Assembly: GCA_951406725.2 (NCBI GenBank)
Contig: OX597840.1
Location: forward strand, 9,362,001 to 9,426,000
Direction of reading: 5' to 3'
Origin: Octopus vulgaris
Lineage: Eukaryota
Length of the DNA stretch: 64,000 nt
Position 1 is the first letter of the stretch, and each line of letters opens with the position of its first letter. Position numbers and translations under genes: made by a program. The notes beneath the pieces were generated by a model. It ran no database searches, had not been told where the DNA came from, and was given only the letters and a program-made list of their open reading frames with translations. Of the stretch, positions 1 through 64,000 are shown one piece after another.

Positions 1-1797
1 ACTCCACCCCTTGGGCATCTCCAAATCACCAATCCAACTGACTTTTTTACCACTGCAGATATAAAATCAGAGGCGGCGACGATAGATTACATCGATATAA
101 AGGAAGACGATGTAATCAAGGCTATAGATGAAATGAAAACAGACTCAGCTACTGGCCCCGATGGATTCCCGGCAATCCTCCTAAAAGCATGTAAGAGAGT
201 CCTAGCAAGACCACTGCAGTTCCTCTTTCAGAGCTTCCTTGCAGCTGGCAAACTTCCAAGAAAACTGAAGGAAGGTAAAATATGCCCCATTCATAAAGGA
301 GGTAGCAGAGCGGAAGCCAAGAACTATAGACCTATCTCTCTGACCTCACACATCAGCAAGGTCATGGAACGAATAGTCAGAAGGAAGCTGATCACCTTCC
401 TTGAAGAGAATGACTTGCTGTCCGACACCCAACATGGTTTCCGACCAGGGAGAAGCTGTTTAACTCAGCTCCTACAACACTATGACTGGGTGCTGAAACG
501 GCTGCTCAACCATTCAAATGTGGAAGTGATATATCTCGACTTTGCAAAGCCTTTGATAAAGTCGATCATGGAATGATATGTCACAAACTGCGTGATCTCA
601 ACATAGTTGGAAAACTGGGAGAATGGCTTCATGACTTTCTGAAAGATAGAAGTCAGGTGGTAGTGGCCAATGGGGCCACTCCCATTAACACGCAAATAGT
701 GAGCGGTGTTCCGCAGGGCACTGTTCTGGGACCACTACTGTTCATAATGGCCCTCTCAGACATGCCCTCAGCCACGCAGAGAGCCACGATCACAAGTTAT
801 GCAGATGATACAAAAGTTTCACAGGCAATACAGAACCCTGAGGACACTAAACACCTGCAATGTGAGCTAGACAAAATATACAAGTGGGCCGAAAAGAATA
901 GCATGCAGTTCAATGCTGAAAAGTTTCAAGCTCTATACTATCAGCATGCAAAACTAAACGCAATACCCAATGAATACACTGGACCCGGAGGAATAGCAAT
1001 CCCAGAGGCACAATCAGTGCGTGACCTAGGTATTTACATGAGTGATGACGCGACCTTTCGTGTACATGTTGCTAAATTGGCAATGAAATGTAGACGACTG
1101 GCCGGATGGATCCTCAGAACCTTTAGAACAAGAGAACAAGAAACCATGATGGTCCGCTGGAGGACACTTGTCCTAAGCCACTTTGACTACTGCTCTCAGT
1201 TATGGTCACCATCCAGTGTCAAGTTGATCACAGAGCTCGGGGCGATCCAACGTAGCTACACGAAGAAGATAGCCTCTATGCAGAATGTAAGCTACTGGGA
1301 AAGACTCAAGAGATTAAAACTATATTCCCTGGAGCGTAGGCGGGAAAGATATGCCATAATATACATCTGGAAGATCCTGGAGGGACGTGTCCTGAACTTT
1401 GGCATCGAGAGTTACGCAAATGCCAGAACTGGGCGCCACTGCGTGGTGCCTAGGACTCCAAACTTGCCATCAAGATGTAGGACAAGATTCTGTGATAGCC
1501 TGGGCTTCCGAGGCCCACAGCTCTTCAATATCTTCCGAAGAACCTGAGAGACCTGCATGGGGTGGATACAGATGTCTTTAAAATGAAGCTGGATCTCTTC
1601 CTGTCAGGTGTCCCAGATGAACCAACTTCACGGCAGGAGGGGCAGATGAGGGCAGCTGCATCGAACTCTCTCATGCACCAAATGGCAGTTGCTAGAAAGC
1701 TTTCGTGAAGTGAAACCAAGTAGCAACACCAAATGGCGGTGCCCCAGCATGGCCACAGCTCATAAGCTGAAACTAGAATCAATCAATCAATCAATCA

Positions 1798-1800
<3 letters not shown>
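1..1800 (+). mobile_element. CR1/L2-type non-LTR retrotransposon, 3' part, frameshifted
   Basis: RT motifs YRPISL, QHGFR, GVPQG, YADD and C-terminal LERRRERY. Frameshifts near 550 and 1535. (ATCA)n tail. Near-identical to the copy at 14088-17280. Confidence 0.93.
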
Positions 1801-1861
<61 letters not shown>

Positions 1862-1989
1862 TAAATTAGAGATAAAACCACTATTAAGTAAATCAAACAG
1901 TGAAAAACATAAGCCAATACATAAAATTAATTTAAAAATATAAAAGTTAAAAATTAAAAAATTATTTAAATAATTTAAACTTATAAATT

Positions 1990-2024
<35 letters not shown>

Positions 2025-2132
2025 GTTTTATCTCTAATTTAATATAATATAATATATTTATACTATAAAATTGGATTTAATCCTAAATCTAATTTTTCCC
2101 TGTAAGTTTGGATTTATTCCCTAATGTTATTA

Positions 2133-2480
<348 letters not shown>

Positions 2481-2777
2481 GTGGAGAGAAAAAAAATGTA
2501 GGAGAGAAAAAAAAAAAAAAAAAAAAAGGAGAGAAAAAAATGAGAGAAAAAAAAAAATATATATATATATATATGCCTGTTATTACAACAGTAAGATGTA
2601 ATTTGAGGTAGAATTATTTGCTCTTTCTAGCAGCTCAGGACATAAATGCTTTTGTTTTTATTTTTGCAGGTAACCAACAACCAATTGGCAACCGTCAAAA
2701 ATGCTTGCAAGAACACACTGATAGTATATTGTAGTAGAGTCCAAACTTTCTACGGTGTTGATGTGTCGACCCTAACA

Positions 2778-34087
<31,310 letters not shown>

Positions 34088-34752
34088 TCAGAAACAGTGA
34101 ACAGCTATAAATGGTACCAATACCAATGGACTCTTATAGACACACACAAACACATCCTTACATATATATGTATATATATACAATAAATTCAGGATGAATA
34201 CTTCATAAGTGTAAGCACCTGTATATATATTGAGTGAGGAAACGTTATGGACGGATTTTTGGAGTCCAATAATACCCTGTACACCTATTTGATTATGAAG
34301 AGTTACAAACATTCTTTCCCAGTGATTCTCGGTTTACCTACCATTATAAATAATACCAAATGCTCTTTCTCAAACCTTTTGTAATGTGATACAAGTCTTT
34401 GGTGTAGCAATTGCATGCGGCTGAAGAAGGCTTTAAACTATCTGTAAGATGATGGGAAAGTATGTTTGTGAATCTTCATAAGCGTACATGGTATTATTAG
34501 ACTCCAAAATAAATCGTCCATACCTTCATGTAAGGGAAGGAATTTAATGTTGAGAGAAAGAGAAAAAGGATATCGAGTGAAAAAACGGTATGGACGATTT
34601 GTTTTGGAGTCTAATAATACCATGTACGCTTATGAAGATTTACAAACATACTTTCCCAATGATACTCGGTTTACCTACCATTATAAACAATACCAAATGT
34701 TCTTTCTCAAACCTTTCATAATGTGATACAAGTCTTTGGTGTAGCAATTGCA

Positions 34753-34847
34753 TGCGGCTGAAGAAGGCTTTTGAACTATCTGTTATGTCGATTATACATT
34801 GATGTAAGAATAAGTTGTTTTATAAAGCTCGAAACATGTGTACCACA
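34753..34847 (+). ncRNA. Hammerhead-like motif downstream of the gene A stop (sense)
   Basis: UGCGG-CUGAAGA-AGGCUUU...AAAGCUC-GAAAC-AUGU-GUA-CCACA. Confidence 0.6.
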
Positions 34848-34917
34848 ACATCCTTTGCGTCCTGTTTTTCATTTTATTTCATTTGATACATATATGTATA
34901 TATATACAGATATGCAT

Positions 34918-35212
<295 letters not shown>

Positions 35213-36129
35213 TTGGTGCAGTAACAATCCTGCTGGTTTAAAACCTTAGTTTCTAACATAACTTAACATAAATTAACATAAATTAATATGTTGTTCTATG
35301 GAGATGGTCATGGGTAGGTTGGCATCAAAAAGGTCTAAAGTTAATGAAAAAGAAAGTTAAAAAGAAAAAAATGGCAAACCCTCAAAAAACTGATACGTAT
35401 ATTTTAATGAATTAAAAATTCCATCACACAAGTGTTTAATTAATTTTTTATTGTTTTAAACCTAAAGAGACATCAACTATAAAAATGTAGAAGTCATCAT
35501 CTTGAAGGAAACAACAAAAAAAAAAACAGAAATTAAAGTTTGAACATGACATTCTTTTCTTCGGGATTGAAACCCCTTTCATAATAAGCTGCAGGGCTCT
35601 GAAAAAAAATTTAAGAAAAGTAGAAATTAGAAATTAGAAAAAAAAATGTCTTATAAAGATGTGCTAGTGGAGTGCTAAGTGTACCACACGAGTGAGATCG
35701 TTACCAGAGCAACAAGCTGGCCTCTGAGAAACGTTAGAAACCCCATATTTCATTTCCTTTACTACCAACAGAATGGAAAGCTGATGATGTTAAACAATGA
35801 TGATGATGATTATGATGATGATGATGATGATCATCATCATCATCATCAGGTGTGGCTGTTTGGTAAGAAGCTTGCTTCCCAACCACATGGTTTTGAGTTC
35901 AGCCCCACTGCATGTCACCTTGGGCTGACCAAAGCCTTGTGAGTGTATCTGGTTGACTGAAACTGAAAGAAGCCCATCGCACACACACACAAGCTTGTTA
36001 GCAAATCAAATATGCTTCAGGCATCTTTGAACCCATAAGAAACCCATTCACTATATTTTGCTATGAAGAATCCCTTTGTCTGTCCTGGTTTGTCCCCACT
36101 ATGTTTAGCCCCTTGTGGGCAATAAAGAA

Positions 36130-36195
<66 letters not shown>

Positions 36196-36621
36196 ATGTG
36201 TGTGTGTGTGTGTGTGTGAGTACAGGACACCACAAATAAACGTAGAAGTCAACGAGAAACGAAAACATAAAAACAAACTAGGAAACGTACTTTTTTTAAC
36301 AACGAAAAAACAGAGTACAAGACAAACAATACAAGGAATATTCCCCTTCATCAGCTGTCCCTAGTTCGACTCAATGCGTGCTTCGAAGGTAAGGACAGAA
36401 CACGACTCTCCGAACTAGTCCTTCCTGCACACAAATACAAAAAAATACAGTACACATAAAGAATAAAAACAGGACAATGAAACTAACATTGAAGGCTTTT
36501 TTAAGCCTAGACGATGGAAAAATTCAGAGCGCAAGAAAAAGTCGTGTTGACTTGTAGAAAACTGCGAGTGAAAGGAAGTTGGTCGTCGACTCGGCAGTAT
36601 GTACATATATATATATATATG

Positions 36622-36680
<59 letters not shown>

Positions 36681-36683
36681 TAT

Positions 36684-36724
<41 letters not shown>

Positions 36725-36999
36725 TAGGTGAGAAAGTTGGTGTGTGAAAGCACGTGGTTGAATATATAGAAAATAGTAAAAAGTGAAAAAACTACAGAAG
36801 GCTTGTTTTAAAAGGTTAAAAAATATATATTTGAGTCATTATGTCTGAAGAATGTTATAAATTTTTTCTTACAATGACATAGTTTTTGAAGAAATGACCG
36901 GTTTCGCGTTCAGCTTTTCAAATATCTTACATAATGACTCAAATATATATTTTTTAACCTTTCAAAACAAGCCTTCTGTAGTTTTTTCACTTTTTACTA

Positions 37000-37005
<6 letters not shown>
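36725..37005. repeat. Inverted pair of Penelope terminal-repeat fragments
   Basis: Homologous to 33117-33330. 36770-36845 is inverted at ~36928-37003. Confidence 0.7.
36889..36928 (-). ncRNA. Minimal hammerhead-like motif, U3-A8 core variant
   Basis: AAGAUAU-UUGAAAA-GC-UGAAC-GC-GAAAC-CG-GUC-AUUUCUU. Confidence 0.55.
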
Positions 37006-37084
<79 letters not shown>

Positions 37085-37101
37085 CTATGTATATATATAT
37101 G

Positions 37102-37167
<66 letters not shown>

Positions 37168-37899
37168 TATATATATATATATATATGTATGTATATATAT
37201 ATATAATATCCTTGTATTGGATATATAATATAACGAAGCAGGGGGAAGAAAGTATATACACGATGCACTGCTCTTAATATTACACGATACTCACTGCCCT
37301 GTATCAACGGCCACAGCGTACTACTTACTATTCCGATCTGCCAGATTTCGTCACCTATATGGAGTGGTTAACAGAGAGTGTGGGAAATTGAAATTGAATG
37401 AACTCACTCCGTATATGTTCAAGTCTTTCATTTTTGTTCAAGAGCTTACTGCAAAAAATGATGGAGATATACAATCCTAAATATTAGCAAAACTTGATCA
37501 GGATCAAATTTAATCCTGCCGGCAGTTCTAGAAGAATGTCAGAGGATTATTAATTTATGACGTGTAGCAAATAAAACTGAAGAGAAAGATTGCTCTCAGA
37601 TTCAAGTGTGTCAACTGGCGTCGGGTAAGAAAAAAATACGAACACTGAATCTACGTTAGCACGCTGGGCGAAATGCGTAGCCGTATTTCGTCTGTCGTTA
37701 CGTTCTGAGTTCAAATTCCGCCGAGATCGACTTTGCCTTTTTTAGGGGTCGATTAAATAAGTATCAGTTACGCACTGGGGTCGATATAATCGACTTAATT
37801 CGTTTGTCTGTCCTTGTTTGTCCTCTCTGTGTTTAGCCCCTTGTGGGTAGTAAGGAAATAGGTATTTCATCCGCCGCTACGTTCTGAGTTCGAATTGTT

Positions 37900-38705
37900 G
37901 TGGGAGACGGTTTTTCAAAGTGGACGGATGTGCATAAATGTAAAAAGGCGACGTCTGCGGTTACGATAAGTTTTTACACGAACTGTTCGCCAGGTGTGGT
38001 ATTTCGGATACCATTGTGACTGATAATGGAACTCAAATTACATCAGACTAGTTCATCGAATATGTCACCACTCCGCCTTATCATCCTAAGTCAAATGGTC
38101 AAGCGGAACGATTTGTTGACATTTTTAAGAGGACGTGGAAAAAAGTGAACAATGAAGTTATGGACGATATAGTGGAGGCGCAATGGCTCAGTGGTTAGGG
38201 CAGCGGACTCGCGGTCATAGGATCGCGGTTTCGATTCCCAGACCGGGCGTTGTGAGTGTTCATTGAGCGAAAACACTTAAAGCTCCACGAAGCTCCGGCG
38301 GGGGATGGTGGTGATCCCTGCTGTACTCTTTCACCACAACTTTCTCCCACTCTTACTTCCTGTTTCTGTTGTACCTGTATTTCAAAGGGCCGGCCTTGTC
38401 ACTCTCTGTGTCACGCTGAATATCCCCGAGAACTACGTTAAGGGTACACGTGTCTGTGGAGTGCTCAGCCACTTACACGTTAATTTCACGAGCAGGCTGT
38501 TCCGTTGATTCGGATCAACCGGAACCCTCGTCGTCGTAACCGACGGAGTGCTTCCACTATGGACGATATTGCATTTCACCAATTTCTTAGACTGTACCGA
38601 GTAACACTTAATCCGATTATACCGTCGGGAATGGCACCCGCAAACCTGATGTTTGCTAAAGAAATCAGATCCCTCTTTGATGAGCTGATACCTATTAAAA
38701 ATTAA
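37900..38705 (+). pseudogene. Ty3/Gypsy integrase remnant interrupted by a SINE
   Basis: DTIVTDNGTQ, TTPPYHPKSNGQAERFVDIFKR, FLRLYRVT...GMAPANLMF. Confidence 0.8.
38171..38557 (+). mobile_element. tRNA-derived SINE with 12-bp TSD
   Basis: A/B-box-like head. TSD TATGGACGATAT at 38159-38170 and 38558-38569. Related copy at 18580-18878 (-). Confidence 0.85.
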
Positions 38706-39036
38706 AAAAATGGTGAACAACATAAATATTTCACGTTAGGTCGTAAAATTAAGAATTATTGTCGATTTTAGCATTTTTGTTACTTCTTGCGGAACCCCTG
38801 GACTGTACTGACGGAACCTCAAGGTTGCGCGGAACCTTGGTTGAAAACCACTGTACTAGGGTGTGGCACTTTTTCACACAGCTATCTTCATCCATTCTTA
38901 CAACATGACCATACCAGCACAGTCGGCTCTCTTGCACACCACATCTGATGCTTCTTAGGTCCAACTTTTCTCTCTAGGGTTTACACTCTGTCGAGTACTT
39001 ACATAGTTATATATATATATATATAAACACACACAC

Positions 39037-39110
<74 letters not shown>

Positions 39111-39150
39111 TTGTCATCATCATCATCATCATCATCGTTTAGTGTCCGCT

Positions 39151-39345
39151 TTCCATGCTAGCATAGCTTGGACGGTTCAACTGGGGTCTGGGAAGTGAGA
39201 AGGCTGCACCAGGCCCAGTCTGATCTGGCAATGTTTCTACGGCTGGATGCCCTTCCTAGAAACATTGCCAGATCAGACTGGGCCTGGTGCAGCCTTCTGA
39301 CTTCTCAGACCCCAGTTGAACCGTTCAACCCATGCTAGCATGGAA
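39151..39345. repeat. Foldback, ~89-bp arms, in the spacer of the large inversion
   Basis: TTCCATGCTAGCAT...GTTTCTA / TAGAAAC...ATGCTAGCATGGAA. Confidence 0.9.
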
Positions 39346-39348
39346 TTT

Positions 39349-39411
<63 letters not shown>

Positions 39412-39437
39412 TTATATAAATATTTATATATATATAT

Positions 39438-39475
<38 letters not shown>

Positions 39476-39484
39476 TATCATCAT

Positions 39485-39540
<56 letters not shown>

Positions 39541-39662
39541 TTTATTTAAAGCAGCAGAAAATTCAACAAAACCTGTTACTCTGAGTTTCCCGTTGCCGTT
39601 CATCGGACAGTTTTTGCTAGAATGTGTTTACTCCGGTATATATATTTATATATATATATATA

Positions 39663-39714
<52 letters not shown>

Positions 39715-39896
39715 TAGTACAAAATTAGAAAATGGAGAAACATACTTAAATCAATAAAACATCAACCATCAGATGATACCCAATCAATACTTTATTACAC
39801 CATTACATAACAGTAAAGGCATTATACAAAATATATTGTAAATATAAATAGACAAGGAAAAAGAAATATAAAATATAAAATATAATATGTAATTAT

Positions 39897-39981
<85 letters not shown>

Positions 39982-40352
39982 TCATATCTACAAATATATG
40001 TATAAATTTTTAACATGCCATCGGCTCAGAGGCCAGCTTGTTGCTCTGGTAACGATCTCACTCGTGTGGTACACTTAGCACTCTACTAGCACATCTTTAT
40101 AACACATTTTTTTTCTAATTTCTAATTTTTACTTTTCTTAAATTTTTTTTCAGAGCCCTGCAGCTTATTATGAAAAAGGTTTCAATCCCGATGAAAAGAA
40201 TGTCATGTTCAAACTTTAATTTCTGTTCTTTTTTTTTTTGTTTCCTTCAAGATGATGTCTCTTTAGGTTTAAAACAATAAAAATTTAATTAAACACTTGT
40301 GTGATGGAATTTTTAATTCATTAATATATAATTTTTAATTTATTAATATATA

Positions 40353-40515
40353 GGCGCAGGAGTGGCTGTGTGGTAAATAGCTTGCTAACCAACCACATGG
40401 TTCTGGGCTCAGTCCCACTGCATGGTACCTTGGGCAAGTGTCTTCTGCTATAGCCCCGGGCCGACCAATGCCTTGTGAGTGGATTTGGTAGACGGAAACT
40501 GAAAGAAGCCTGTCG

Positions 40516-40588
<73 letters not shown>

Positions 40589-40815
40589 GTGTGTGTATAT
40601 GTTTGTGTGTCTGTGTTTGTCCCCCTAGCATTGCTTGACAACCGATGCTGGTGTGTTTACGTCCCCGTCACTTAGTGGTTCGGCAAAAGAGACCGATATA
40701 ATAAGTACTGGGCTTATAAAAAAGAATAAGTCCCGGGTTCGATTTGCTCGACTAAAAGGCGGTGTTCCAGCATGGCCGCACTCAAATGTCTGAAACAAGT
40801 AAAAGAGTAAAGAGT
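40353..40815 (+). mobile_element. Major SINE family copy, right arm only
   Basis: Full length. Site near 35400 in the left arm is empty. Confidence 0.88.
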
Positions 40816-41303
40816 ATACGTATCAGTTTTTTGAGGGTTTGCCATTTTTTTCTATTTAACATTTTTTTTTATCATTAACTTTAGACCTTTTTGATGCCAA
40901 CCTGCCGATGACCATCTCCATTTTATTCTTGTTTAGCTCATTTTGAAGTTTGAACTTTCATCACATCATCATCATCATCATCATTTAACATCCATTGTCC
41001 ATGCTGGCATGGGTTGGACAGTGCGACCAGAGCTGGCAAACTGAGGAATTGTACCAGACTCCAATCTGATTTCGCATTGTCTCTATGGCTGGACGCCCTT
41101 CAAAATGCCAACAACTTTACAGAGTGTAATATGGTTTTATGTGGAATTGCATGGACACCTATGCATAGCACCACATATTAATTTATGTTAATTTATGTTA
41201 ATTTAAGTTAATTTATGTTAGAAACTAAAGGGTTAAACCAGCAGGATTGTTACTGCACCAAGATAGATAGATCGATAGATAGATAGTTAGATAGATAGAT
41301 AGG

Positions 41304-41341
<38 letters not shown>

Positions 41342-41383
41342 TATAGATAGATACCCAGAGAGATAGATAGATAGATCGATAGC

Positions 41384-41454
<71 letters not shown>

Positions 41455-41471
41455 CCAGATAGATAGATAAT

Positions 41472-41543
<72 letters not shown>

Positions 41544-41618
41544 CATGCATATCTGCATATATATATATACATATATGTATCAAATGAAATAAAATGAAAA
41601 ACAGGACGCAAAGGATGT

Positions 41619-41713
41619 TGTGGTACACATGTTTCGAGCTTTATAAAACAACTTATTCTTACATCAATGCATAATCGACATAACAGATAGTTCAAAAGCC
41701 TTCTTCAGCCGCA
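41619..41713 (-). ncRNA. Hammerhead-like motif downstream of the gene B stop (sense)
   Basis: Near-identical to 34753-34847. Confidence 0.6.
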
Positions 41714-42043
41714 TGCAATTGCTACACCAAAGACTTGTATCACATTATAAAAGGTTTGAGAAAGAACATTTGGTATTATTTATAATGGTAAGTAAACCGA
41801 GTATCACTCGGAAAGAATGTTTGTAACTCTTCATAATCAAATAGGTGTACAGGGTATTATTGGACTCCAAAACTCCGTCCATAACGTTTTCTTAATCAAT
41901 TTATATACAGGTGCTTACACTTATTAAGTATTCATCCTGAATTTATTGTATATATATACATATATATATGTAAGGATGTGTTTGTGTGTGTCTATAAGAG
42001 TCCATTGGTATTTGTAGCAGTTATAGCTGTTCACTGTTTTTGA

Positions 42044-64000
<21,957 letters not shown>

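Noticed and set aside
36340-36430. Additional hammerhead candidates (CTGATGAAGGGG on the minus strand; similar at ~61215-61232)
   Set aside because: The GAAA half is missing or mutated and the stems cannot be completed.
38171-38250. tRNA genes at SINE heads
   Set aside because: A/B boxes run on into SINE bodies with tails and a TSD. No clean cloverleaf could be supported.

Overview
This is repeat-rich animal genomic DNA. The SINE content and (TA)n density suggest a cephalopod such as octopus, but that is an inference. Most of the window is a large tail-to-tail inverted duplication (~2.9-35.7 kb vs ~40.0->64 kb, 4.3 kb spacer). Each arm carries a spliced gene that the ORF track only shows in fragments. 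Gene A (+) has 15 coding exons (2778-34087, 872 aa by hand assembly). Gene B (-) has 11 coding exons and its first exon runs off the right edge. Both encode a putative signal peptide, a VWA domain with intact MIDAS, four (A) or three (B) ~120-aa repeats with C-x8-C-x8-C spacers, and a GPI-anchor-like C-terminus. The VWA domains have diverged much more than the rest of the proteins. Introns and spacer hold a CR1/L2-type LINE with intact ORF2 plus two decayed relatives, Penelope-like (RT, GIY-YIG) fragments, Helitrons, a mariner deletion derivative, RTE and Gypsy remnants and several tRNA-derived SINE families. About a dozen hammerhead-ribozyme-like motifs occur. They include U3-A8 core variants, one in sense orientation downstream of both stop codons, and some inside long foldbacks. 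All alignments, counts and folds were done by eye.
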